Source: Bigelowiella natans CCMP2755 (lineage: Eukaryota; Protista; Cercozoa). Taken from it: a stretch of 34,227 bases of DNA. The notes beneath the pieces are model-generated. The model was not told the origin of the DNA. It did no database searches and saw only the letters and a program-made list of their open reading frames with translations. Positions 1 to 11,085 of the stretch are shown here, in pieces. The number at the start of each line of letters is the position of its first letter. Within the stretch, counting starts at the first letter, position 1. The stretch is taken from positions 1-34,227 of the forward strand of contig ADNK01001571.1 of the NCBI GenBank assembly GCA_000320545.1. The letters run 5' to 3'. A program made the translations under genes and the position numbers.

Positions 1-22
1 GTTAATTTAATTTTTGCACCAG

Positions 23-168
23 GTCAAAACGCATTGTACTTAGCTAACAGGGATCATAGGAACGATATCGTCAATTTTCTCCGCAATGATAAAGAGATTC
101 TGAAAATACGTAATGCATTTGACGATGAGAAGAAAACAAGCGATCATGATGAGTTAAATCCTAGCTGA
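23..168 (+). CDS. Terminal exon of an ankyrin-repeat-containing protein (partial; gene starts upstream of the window)
   Basis: After the acceptor ttttgcaccag, the exon reads (G)QNALYLANRDHRNDIVNFLRNDKEIL...DHDELNPS*. This matches the ankyrin consensus G.T/nALhlA...gh.dIV.fL. Confidence 0.6.
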
Positions 169-174
169 AGAGGG

Positions 175-960
175 AAGATTTCGCATGATTTGTGCAGAGC
201 GCAACCAGTCAATTTTCCTAGTGTGCTGAAGGTTCAAGATTGGAGACATTTTTTTCAAATGATCACAATGCACTGGCATGCGTGCCATGATGCGTGTGTT
301 GATGTGATGGTGCACCAGTGCATTATTGCAACGACTGAGTGGACGCATCGCAAACAAGTGCACGCACAACTTCGCTGGTTGGTTCGATTGATGTGCATCT
401 CTGTGCATGTGGATCTGCATGTGTGTCATCTAACTGTTTCATTCTTGCCACTCGCTGCGATGCGTGCGTGCGTGCATGCATGTGCCGCATGGCACATGAT
501 GTGCCACTGTGCACCGCAACGCAATTGCACAACGTGACGCTCAACAAATGCGTGTGTGTGCATTGCTCCACAGCTAGACAGCGGCGGCCATCAGATCGAT
601 CAAGTGTTTGCATCGCAGCGCGGCCCTTCTGACCTTGCTTGTTGCCCCCCCCCCCCCCGCCTCCCTCATCTCGCATCAGTTGTGCCATCGATTGCGTTAT
701 CAACTGTGCTTCACATGCCAGCGCATGCATGCTCCTCTAAACCTGCTATGGCTTGCTTTCTAGTCCCAGTGTGCATCTCCAGATCTGTCTGACACACCTT
801 CATCATTCGGTGAGCCACACAGATGATGAGCACGTCTGCAAATGCGCACATGAGAAGTCGTTGAGTAGCAATTTTAGTTGAACAAATTTTGCAAACAGTG
901 TGTGATTGAAACATCAGTTGCAAAGTTGGACCACTTCAAACACCGAAACAAACGAGCGGG
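175..960. other. TpA-depleted, TG/CA-rich eroded block A
   Basis: Only about 10 TA dinucleotides in about 780 bp by eye, mostly in CTAG/CTA/TAG context. Runs such as tgcgtgcgtgcgtgcatgcatgtg are present. Confidence 0.85.
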
Positions 961-1018
961 TAATTTGATTGCGATAGAGCATTGACATGAGTAGCACTTC
1001 CTTTGAAAGCCTACTGAA

Positions 1019-2559
1019 TTAACGCTTTTTGCTCGAGGTGAGGAGATCATCTAGGAAATTCTTGAATATGTCTTTGACTTCAGTGTCCCTCCTTTCCTTG
1101 GGAGTGGGGTTGAGTAAGTTCCAATTGTGGGAATCTACATGATCTGAATCGGAGCTGAGTTGTGATAGGGTAGGAGAACAAATGGAAGAGTTTGTAAGCA
1201 CATATGTCTAGATTTGAAGGGTTTATCAGAAACATTACACTTGTCATCATTGTTACCAATGAATAAATTTCTATCTATGACCGAGTGCTTACGGCCGGTA
1301 AGATGAATTGACCCTACTTAGCAAATGCTTGCTGATGCTGCTGCTGCTGCTGCTGCTGCTAGTACTACTACTCTGGCATTGTGAGATCTTCCTTTACAGG
1401 ACGTGGCTTTCGTGTCGGTGCTGCAACCTGATTATTGATGATATCAATCATCCACATCTGTACCAGCAAAGATCACTGCTTGATGACAGTTTTAAAGTAG
1501 AGAATGGCGACTCAGTGATGATGTAGTTTGTGATACAGTTAATAGAAGTATCAAATACAAATTCATCTATGCTTTTTCTCCCGATTGGGCTTCGATGTAT
1601 CACACACTGCAGTGTGTAAGGCAGCTTTTCATTGCCATCATAGTGTGATCAGTTACTACCGGCTCACCAAAGGCCTCTTGTTTAGCCTTCTCCTCCCCAT
1701 AAACGCCACGTGCATAGTACTGGGCAGTGGTGAGAAAGGATGGGGGCTTCGTGGATGTTGTCTTTGGTGTATTTGACTTATTCTGAGATGACGACAGAGA
1801 AACAGGTATTCGCCGACTACTTCGATCAGTCAGATGGCTTTCGAGGTCAAAATTTAATAGAGGGGGGGGAAGCAAGGAGGGACCTATACAAATTAACGAC
1901 AATCAGAAAGGTAAACGTGAAAGTATTATCAATCAATAATACACGATGATGATGACATTATGTGATGTTTATGATTAGATAGCATTCGAAACTGTCCTTG
2001 TAATAGATTGCAATGATGTCAAGCATTATGAGCTACTGAGGATTCTTGTAAAGGCCTCATCGTAGGAACTCTCGTTGGCATTATATTAGCAGAAGAAGAA
2101 GATGATAAAGATGATTTACTAAACTATTATTGCTGGCATTCTGGTCCTCAATTCGTGTAAGGGCGAGTAATAACGATTGCCACCTTTCTTTTTATTGGTG
2201 CCCCTCCTCATCACTGATGCACCACTTGTCGTCGTCAAATTCCTCGTATGATTGATATTGCTACGATCACCACCACTACCACTACCACCACCATCATCAT
2301 CATCATCACCATCATCATCTCCCCTAATTCTTCGATGTTGAATAAGCTTCAGGTCTTGTAAGAATGTTGTTGTATTAGCAATATCGTTGCTAGAGCTTAA
2401 TGGGGATCTAATTTTGGCCATCTGGATAGGTGATGATGATGAAGAGGATGGTAATGGTGTTGATACCCGTGATGAGAAGTTAACACGGGATGATTCGCCA
2501 ATTGCGGGGGTTGTACGTGGCTTAAACCTTAGGAGGAGGAGAGGCAACGAATGAGACAA
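1019..2559 (-). CDS. Hypothetical multi-exon protein (exon structure uncertain)
   Basis: Several non-SSR open segments on the minus strand (2119-2559, 1600-1902, about 1375-1427 VAAPTRKPRPVKEDLTMPE after cag, and 1019-1201 ending ...LLTSSKKR*). No recognisable domain. Confidence 0.35.
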
Positions 2560-2849
2560 CGATCAACCAATATAAGCAAGAAAGAAGTAGCATATTGCAT
2601 CAGGAGGAGGGGTTATGTAATGCTCAAGAAAGAAGAAGAAAAAGACAAAGAAGAGGAATAGGAAGAGACTGTTCTTTTTATATAACAGAAATAATATATC
2701 TTTGTCATACTACCTGAATTTCATACGCGGTGTAGCACCTAAGGAAAAGTTTACGCTCTTTTAGTTTGTATCGTCAAGTGCTAGCTATCATCAATGTCAT
2801 CATCATCATCATCATTATGTTTCATGTTGAGTGTGTCAAAACTATTCTC

Positions 2850-4050
2850 TTAGATACTTCTACTACTACCTTGGGAAAGTGGTACCATGTCGTACTTACT
2901 ACCACTAAAAGCCGATGACGAAGAGGAGGAGGAGGAGGAGGAGCAAGAAGGGGCAAGAGGAGGGGGTGGGTGCTTGATGTATTGTGGATATAATTTTTGC
3001 TGTTTTGCCGTCTTAGCGAGGGCCATATACCTATTAGTAGGAACCAAAAACAGTATACTATAAATATGAGCAAATGACTGAAAGACGATTAAAAAAAAAG
3101 CAATGAATGTATAATGAATGAGTGAGCGAGCGACTGATTGGTGTCATATGATGATCTCCTCATAGAAAGAAGCATGGCTCTATTGCTACTATCATACTAC
3201 AACAACAACTACTACTACTACTACTACTACTACCATTGGCTACGTAAAGCTATTGTTTCTGTTCGGGAAAGAGAGCTTTGTTGTCGTTCAAGAAGTAGTC
3301 AGACCAAAACACAACAATAACAACGACAACATCATCATCATCATCAACAACAACAACGACACAGCAAGTAACACATAGAGGATCGGCAACGATACAGACG
3401 GAACATCCTGCATGTGTAGCATATGCATTATGGACAATAAATACCCTCTGAGATCAGGCTTGCTTGACAGTATTGTGGCCAACACAATACCGGCAGCTAC
3501 ACCGAGGTTCAGAGATTCGGTGAAGCCAAACATAGGATAGTGCACAAGACGATGCGACCTATAATATACAGTGGTATTAGTAGTAGTAGTAGTATGTAGT
3601 AGTAGTTGTTGTTGTTGTTGTTGTTGTTGTTGAGAAATCTAAGCATAGAAGGTAGTGTTATTGGGAATATTTTCAGTGATTATTGCTATTACCAGCTTTT
3701 GATCTCAGGAGAAGCTCCTAAATGACACATCACATGCATGATAGCAGGTGTTAGAAGACCAAACCACAAACGACGACGACTACGGTTAGTACAGCCTAAC
3801 ATTTACATCACATTGCTTGTGTACAACCTGCAATCTCGGAGCCAAACACTACAGCTAACTTCTCTGGAAATACTGTGGATGATGATGAGGGTGATAATGG
3901 TGATGATGATTTGGAACGAGTGGGGGGTAGGCAGAACAAATAAGAGCAAAAAGAAGGAGAAGAATAATAGGAAGAAGAAGAAGAAAATGATATGGTCTAA
4001 TACGTATATCATCTTAATCATCATCATCACCATCGTGCTGTTGTTGTCGT

Positions 4051-4084
<34 letters not shown>

Positions 4085-4525
4085 GCTACTACTACCTGTT
4101 TTTGCATAATTGTGATGCCTTTTCGCACCACCACCACCACCATCACCATCATCATCATCATCATCATGACCATCATCATCATAGCCTCCTCGTTGTCTTG
4201 GTGATGAAGAAGCACCGGCAGATGATGTCGATGAAGATGAAGATTCTTGCAAGGAGGGGAGAAGTGTGAGGAGGTTTTGTGAAGCTGGGGATAGGTCCGT
4301 CACCCATATTTCGTAGCCTTGTGAGTTCAGCTCTCTGTCATTGTGTACATGGAGAGAAGATCATGATGATGAAGAAGAAGAAGATGATGATGATGATGAT
4401 GGAGAGACAGGATAAAGTAGTAGTAGTAGTAGTAGTAAGCGCACATCAATAACAACAAACATACATCATTACAGTCTTCACATCGTTACATCATTACAGT
4501 CTTCACATCGTTATAGACAAATATA

Positions 4526-4565
<40 letters not shown>

Positions 4566-4932
4566 CATTCCTTTATCGAATTCCTTAATTCGGTCAGTGG
4601 ACACATTATGTTAGACGTGGTAGGTGAGTGGGAGACCGTGTGGATACCAACCTTGCACAATCAGCAATGTTCGTATACCACCCAATGGATAGGTAGTGAG
4701 AAGCACTTCGTGTGACATCTTATTATTGAGCACAGAAGTGATAATGTAAAGGGAAAGATAGAAGATAGGGAAGAGGAGGGTGAGAGATAACAGAAATTAG
4801 AGCCATGATCTACGTTGAGGATATGCAGCAGTAGAACAACAAAGAGCTACCACTTTTACAACAATTGTCAACAATACACAATTGATGTTTGGAAAGATTG
4901 CTCTCTATTCCTCTCTCTCTCCTCTCTCTCTC

Positions 4933-4972
<40 letters not shown>

Positions 4973-5059
4973 ATTTATAAATCGTGATATGCATAAGGTG
5001 GTTGAGTATTCTTCCACAGTCACTCATTGATGATGGAGGACGACTCGGCTTTGGTGCTG

Positions 5060-5101
<42 letters not shown>

Positions 5102-5935
5102 GTGGTGGTGGTGATAGCTGCAGTGATAATTTGGATAACACACTCACTCACTCGCTCACTCACACTCACATACGCACTACAGTTATGTCAAACAGCGGTA
5201 TGTAGTACTATTACGTGAAGAAGTGTAGCGATTGGATTTTGGCTGCTGTTTCATGCCTTTTGGAGGGCTGATGTTGTTGTGTTGTTGGCAGGTCGATCTT
5301 TAGCACAAATTCGCTCTGTCTAAGGGGTATTACTAATTAAAACGACTTACGGCTGTTGTTGAAAGAAGTAAGTAAATGTGTGTTGTTATTCGGTATACGA
5401 CGACGACGACTAAACAAGTCATTTCTGGCAGTACCAACCTAATAATACACATTTTGTTTACCTAATAATGCACACATTTTGTATACCAAGCCCCTCGCAC
5501 GTTCGTAGAACTGCATCCTGATTTCGATCATTAACTACTCCTTCCAAGACCACAGTCTAAACAAAAGGATGAAGATACAAAGACGAAGGGAGACAGGAGA
5601 AGGGTCTTCATTACATGTGTGTTACAATGGCTTATCACAGCACTCATCCATCAAATCCGCCATTTGACTTGGCTAATCTTGTTGCAATGTGAGTGACCCA
5701 CACAATGTTAATATTTTACCAGATTCGCCCCAACTCTAGCTTTTAGAATCGATTCAGCTCTCCTTAGACGTCGAAGGTCCATCATTCCTATAGTTTCTTC
5801 TTCAGCTACTGTTGAAGATGATGCAGCATAACCCTGGGGTAGTGGAGAGGTCCGCATTATCGTCGAGGTTGTCGTCATTGCCCCGAGTTGAAACAGAGGC
5901 AGGAGGAGAAGAAGAAGAAGAAGGGTAGGTCGCAT
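2850..5935 (-). CDS. SpoU/TrmH-family (SPOUT) RNA 2'-O-methyltransferase, multi-exon, with N-terminal signal-peptide-like leader
   Basis: Exons give MRPTLLLLLLLLPLFQLGA...RRLRRAESILKAR, TVVLEGVVNDRNQDAVLRTCEGLGIQNV (motif 1), RELNSQGYEIWVTDL, EKLAVVFGSEIAGC (motif 2), HYPMFGFTESLNLGVAAGIVL (motif 3) and YMALAKTAKQQKLYPQY. Start and 3' end are approximate. Confidence 0.85.
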
Positions 5936-6350
5936 GGTACCCAGAGTAGCCGAATACATCATAGACAGTTGAACGCTAAAACGAAGAAACAACGCTGTGT
6001 CATCATCAAACCTATCTCGTCTTGTTAGACGACTCAATGAAAATAGGATTTTCTACACACCAGGGCATTATCTTGACAGCAGATCGTGGTGATGGTTAAC
6101 GATAAACTAAACAGACAATTCGGAAAGGCTGCTCCTCCTCCTCCTTCTCCTCCTCCTTCACATCCCTGGTGCTCGGAAGAGGTTGGGCTGCTGCTGTTCG
6201 TGCGCTATCTGGTACTCGACATCATCATCTTAGATATTTATCCGATAATTTTTTTACTAAAAATTTGACTAGTTATTATGTAATATTATCAGATATTTCT
6301 AGCATAATATTTTCACCAAACGATAACAATTGGCAACAACAATCCGAAAA

Positions 6351-6832
6351 ATGGCAGACAGCTCCGCTCTTCCGGCTTCGAGTCTTCGGTGCCGCTACTG
6401 TGACCTGCCACTCTCCACAGCAGATTCTCATGAAAAGATGGTGTCAAACTTAGTCCAAAATAAGCTCATTAGGAGCGAAAACGTCATCAAGGCGATGAAG
6501 TCTGTAGACAGGAAAGACTTTGTAAATGAAGAGAAGAGAGCGTACTTGGATCGTGCGGTACTTATTGGACATGGGTCGCAAGTAATAGAGTGTACATGCA
6601 TCATCATCCTTTTTCGTTATCGAATAGATCTTGATAGTACCATTTGGGAGTGTTGAGCATCGGGTTGGTGGCGCTCCCTGATATTACTGCAAGAAGTACA
6701 CAATGAGCCAATTGATGACCGACGACGTGATTACGAACGAGGACCTTAAGCTTCGATTTTGTTTATTCGCCAGATATCAGCCCCCCATATCCATGCAAGG
6801 TGAAAATAACGCAAATAGTAACTTGTAGGAGG

Positions 6833-6878
<46 letters not shown>

Positions 6879-7377
6879 CATGTAAGGAGAGACGCACGAT
6901 GAAGCAAAATGCCGCTACAAGCTACTTGTCAAATCATCATCCGTTGCTCTCATTTTTGCTGCTGGCTGCTCCTGCTGCTACGAACTAATTCAGCGGTTTA
7001 GAGCTTCTAGCAACCTTTGCCCAAAATGGAGCTCACATCCTCGACATTGGGTCGGGTTCTGGATACGTTAGCACCTGTCTCGCAAGAATGGGGTCGAAAG
7101 TCACGGGTGGTTATATGTTTGTATTTCATATTTCCTCCACTGAGTAGCCAGACGAAGAGATTTTAGATTCCTATTTATTTATCAAGTAATAATCACAGTT
7201 GAATTGAATATTGTAGGAGTTGAGCACATTACAGCTCTAGTAAAGCAGTCGATTCAAAATATTAGGTGAGTAACATCATGGTAGCATCTTTTCATTATGT
7301 CTTTAATTTAAGCATGCCGCTAATTTACTTGCATCATCGTCGTCGTTGTCGTCATCGTTATCATCATCGTTATCATT

Positions 7378-7409
<32 letters not shown>

Positions 7410-8095
7410 AATATCAGTGCAAATCACAAGGAATTATTGGAAACAAAGCAAGTTAGAATTATATGTGCCGATGCTCGAAAGCTAGTGGCACCTGAGGGCT
7501 GTTCCTTCGATGCTATTCATTGTGGAGCGGTTGATACGAAATGAATAACAATGATAATGACACCACCTTTCCTTCCTTCCACATGTCTAAATTGAGAGAT
7601 ATGCGATACGTGGGCATCAGGCTGCTGAGGAGCTACCTGCATGGATGTGGAAAGCAGTCAAGCCGGGAGGACGTAATATGATGATGATTATAATAATTTC
7701 CCATGTAATAAATTATTGCATCCAATGTAAATGAGTTGAATTAGAAATATATTTTCTTTCCTTCAAGTAACAAGACCTCTTCTCACACTCATCACTATTG
7801 GCCACTAATACACTACAAAGGCATAGTAATGCCAATTGGACCTGAGCATGGCCCGCAGTATCTTAGTTACGTGGATAAAAATAAAGAGCAATCTCAACAA
7901 TCATCTACCAAGACCGATGATGGGAGCGAGAAGATAAAGATTCATAAGCTTTTCAAAGTTCTTTACGTACCCATGACTGACCCTAAGTGGCAAAAGGATA
8001 GGTGGGAATTCATCGAGGTTGATAAATATGATGATGATGATGATAATGATCATGATGATGATGATCATAATGATGGGGACAAGGATGGTCGATGA
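6351..8095 (+). CDS. PCMT1: Protein-L-isoaspartate(D-aspartate) O-methyltransferase (PIMT), 7 exons
   Basis: The spliced product contains VIKAMKSVDRKDFV...AYLDRAVLIGHGSQ|ISAPHIHA|SGLELL...ILDIGSGSGY...|VEHITALV..|FDAIHCGA|AAEELP...KPGGR|IVMPIGP...VLYVPMT. GT-AG junctions keep the frame (exon 1 6351-6581, exon 2 6774-6799, exon 3 from 6994). Confidence 0.93.
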
Positions 8096-8149
8096 TTGGC
8101 AATGATTATAGAAATTTATAACTAATAATAAACAGAGAAAATCATGTTA

Positions 8150-9270
8150 GGAAGTAGTTCTCCGATGTATGTGCGCGCAAGTTGCCAGCTACAACAGTGA
8201 GACAATGCAGACAATCATTTTTTGTTTCGCCACAATCTGCTGCGATGCGTGGCGTCATGGAATGATAGACATCAAATGTGTTGTGCACGCATGCGCGTGA
8301 TCGACGCATGCAAGGAGCACGTGCGCGCTGAAATGTGATGTGCAAATTGATCCTTAGGCACGACAGTCCATTAATTCAAGCACAAGTGAACTTTATTGTG
8401 TTGTGGTGCGATGTTCAAGGCACTCCACTACGCATCACCCACAGCAATCAAAGGTGTCAGCTTCGATCACGCACAGTTCCAGAGTTGTGCGCATCATCAA
8501 GAAAAGTTGTGCTAGTCATTTGACATGGTCGATGCTGTCTCTGATGAGACGTGTTCACTTTTTCCACCATTGCAAGTGTGCGCATTGCAAATGGACAGCA
8601 ACTTCAAAAGTGCTCTCAAGTGCACCCAATTTTCCTGTGGTTGCAGTCAACATGAAACGTGTGCCAAACGCACAGCACCCAACAAAAGTCAATTCGCAGG
8701 TGTGTCCATGATGTCTTGTTTTTCGCATTGCACAGGAAAGTGCTCGAGTGATTCCTTCAAATCACCTTTCAGCACAGATTCTCAAACTGTTCACTTGAGA
8801 TTTGGCAAGAACTCTTTGAACGCAGCAATCACAACATCGACCCCACCGCTGTCATCTCTCCTTCGAGTGCTCATCGACTCGCAATCGCCGCGGAGAGCAC
8901 CTAGACGTGTTCTTCCTCTTGACATGACAAAGATTCCACGTCGTGGATCATTGCCAGAACCACGTCTGTGACACCAACCCATCAGGAAACACCATCTGCT
9001 CTGTCCCTTCTGGCCTTCTAGCCTTCCTACCTCGCACCGACGACACAAAGGTGTGTGGCATTCGCAATTGTTGATTCAACAAGGGAAAAGGCTCAGGTCG
9101 AAAACAAAGGCGACGGCGCCGGTGACGTGAGATCTCAGCCTGCATTTTGGTGTCATTGGGATTGACACCGTGTCATTTTGATTTTCAATGGTGTTCATTC
9201 CGGCAATTGCCCGTGATCTTGAAGCACATGACGCCCTCTCTCATGACATGCAGAATCGCGATTGGGAAGA
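8150..9270. other. TpA-depleted eroded block B
   Basis: No TA seen between about 8521-8900 or about 9035-9290. The few survivors elsewhere are mostly in CTA/TAG context. Confidence 0.85.
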
Positions 9271-9290
9271 AAACCAAGGCCATTTTCATC
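8948..9290 (-). pseudogene. Possible eroded gene remnant within block B
   Basis: ORFs 9185-9505 and 8948-9145 are in the same frame, separated by two TGA codons. The frame includes a signal-peptide-like MKMALVFFPIAILHVM. Excess His/Cys/Met with no Tyr fits TA>TG/CA change. Confidence 0.3.
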
Positions 9291-9543
9291 CCTACGTCAT
9301 GAAACACCATCAACAACACAGGCCCTTTTTTATCAATATCCGGTACTACCGCTACTCGTAGTCTCGCAGGGATTCGAACGGGTGGAAAAACCAACCACGA
9401 GAACCCGTTAACGAACGACCGACAGGTAACCCAGGTCCCCCCCCCCCTCAGACGCATCTCTGTCACTTCCACCCGAAGACGCAAAGGATCATTCCGAAAT
9501 AGCAACGGATGTTTTAAGGTAGGATTCTGAAAATCTCGGTTGG

Positions 9544-10218
9544 ATGGTCATACTAAATTGCAAATGCATATACAGGATGCCATCTTCGTTCCCTTACCTT
9601 GAAAAAAGCAGAAAGTATGGCTCTATCCCTCAGAACTTAATAGATTCAACTGGAACGGCGCCAGTGCGGGAATGTTCGTCTGAATGGCCTCAATTGTCTT
9701 CTCGTCGGGCAAAATGGCTTTTATGTACAAGCCTGATTTCTATAACGTTGTTGATAGTTGCTGGTACATGTTATTCTCCAAGAAGATTGTCGAAGTCACA
9801 TAGTGTGGAAACCGATGAAGATTCTTCCCAATCATATCATCATTCGCATTTCTATCATTCAAATGCTCCAAAAAACTTTACAATGACATCAGATGAGATA
9901 AATAATTCTAAAGCGATCCCATCCATTTCTTATTCGACTGGCAACGAAGTCGGTTTAAGCGGTGCAACTCCCATCACCACCACCGCACGCAAAGCTCTTA
10001 ACCCTACTAAAAAGTTTGATCCAGTAGAGACTGAAGTTAAAATGGAAGTGGAAGGTATTTCGAAAAGTAGAATAGGTAAAACACCACCTTCGCCGATAAT
10101 CTCGAATGCCGATCCTGACACCGAAGCAAAGCTGACTAAGAAATTCTACGAAAGTCAGGCCCCATGTCGAGTCAGACAGCAATTAGTGAATCAAGATGAT
10201 GCGCAAGCATCACTGTGA
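9544..10218 (+). CDS. Type-II membrane protein N-terminal part (one TM segment plus S/T/P-rich stem); 3' part probably pseudogenised
   Basis: 224-aa ORF with basic residues before the hydrophobic WLLCTSLISITLLIVAGTCY segment, then a low-complexity stem. It ends where TpA-eroded block C begins. Confidence 0.5.
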   Translation: MVILNCKCIYRMPSSFPYLEKSRKYGSIPQNLIDSTGTAPVRECSSEWPQLSSRRAKWLLCTSLISITLLIVAGTCYSPRRLSKSHSVETDEDSSQSYHHSHFYHSNAPKNFTMTSDEINNSKAIPSISYSTGNEVGLSGATPITTTARKALNPTKKFDPVETEVKMEVEGISKSRIGKTPPSPIISNADPDTEAKLTKKFYESQAPCRVRQQLVNQDDAQASL

Positions 10219-10720
10219 ATTTGTCTAGTAGTCACCCATGCATGTGGGTCGCATTGTTAAGTGCACTTGTTTCATTTGGTTGTAAAGCTTTCAACAAAAA
10301 TGCGGGCAACCTTTCATGACTGCTGATGACAACAAGGCAATTCTGTCGCCAATGCCACTAAATCCAGAAATGCATGGATGAAATTTTCAACAACGTGCTG
10401 ACATTGCTTGGATCATGCGGTTGATGTCCAAGCTAGACTAGTAGAATTTCATTCCATCTAGCACAACCATGTGCAAAACATCAAGGAGACAAACATTCTA
10501 GCATTGCGCTAGCTCTGACATCATTTCTGCGCCAGCACGTCGAGTCCAGGAGCTGTGCGAATCAATCAGCTGAAGTTTTGCACGCATGAGAAAAACACCA
10601 CAAAGGATTCAGTCGCAGTGAACACATGCGCTGCGCGCACTGCACACGACTGGCTTGCATGACAAAGCTTCGATTCACAGCAAACTTGAAGCAAATCTCT
10701 TGTGAGTCTGAAGCCAGTGA
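10200..10720. other. TpA-depleted eroded block C, left part (interrupted by the retrotransposon)
   Basis: TA is rare and mostly in CTAG (ctagactagtag, catctagc, ttctagc, cgctagc). Confidence 0.8.
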
Positions 10721-11046
10721 TGTAGCGCGTACCACTACGCGGGCACAAGTCACGTGCGACAACAAAGGGGTTGTCGCGGATATAGAATATAGATAACGTA
10801 GATATTAATACAGCATAGGCACGTGGGTTCCGGCGGGACTCATGGCAGCACACCGGAAGTGTGCTGCCCCACGTGCGGCGGCATTCGCGAAAGCTTCGCG
10901 AATGATTACGCAGTGCACGATTTAATAAAAATATAATCTTTAATAAAAATAAACACAACTCTTCAAAAGGAAGCAAACGTGCCTTTCCCCCCCCCTGCCT
11001 ACTTGTGCACGTAGCGCCTCGGCCTGTGAACACCTTACGCGCAACA
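10721..11046 (+). repeat. 5' LTR (326 bp)
   Basis: tgtagcgcgta...tacgcgcaaca with a 10/11 terminal inverted repeat. Contains TATA-like tatagaatata and AATAAA signals. Identical by eye to 16110-16435. Confidence 0.97.
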
Positions 11047-11051
11047 ACCTT

Positions 11052-11069
11052 TGGCTTCCACACACGGGA
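11052..11069 (+). promoter_or_regulatory. Primer-binding site (tRNA-Glu/Asp-like 3' end)
   Basis: tggcttccacacacggga, 5 nt after the LTR. The reverse complement tcccgtgtgtggaagcca ends in CCA and resembles eukaryotic tRNA-Glu 3' ends. Confidence 0.75.
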
Positions 11070-11085
11070 AACGATTTGACTAACA

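Noticed and set aside
145-168. HDEL ER-retention signal
   Set aside because: It is followed by NPS before the stop, so it is not C-terminal.
154-923. Six overlapping His/Cys/Met-rich ORFs
   Set aside because: Same TpA-depletion artefact; no domain signal.
175-960. Classical CpG deamination or fungal RIP as the cause of the TG/CA excess
   Set aside because: CpG is still common and TpA is lost rather than gained.
4463-4513. Short tandem duplications (25 bp here; others at about 25742-25830 and 33509-33603)
   Set aside because: Ordinary slippage duplications in SSR-rich introns.
10721-11046. Hammerhead (retrozyme) or HDV-like ribozyme in the LTR
   Set aside because: No CUGANGA...GAAA core on either strand. 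The GCGAAUG match to HDV J4/2 sits in a perfect hairpin and the P3/L3 geometry does not fit.
10566-11063. Antisense 165-aa and 119-aa ORFs across the LTRs
   Set aside because: Present twice only because the LTR is duplicated; non-ATG starts and no domain.
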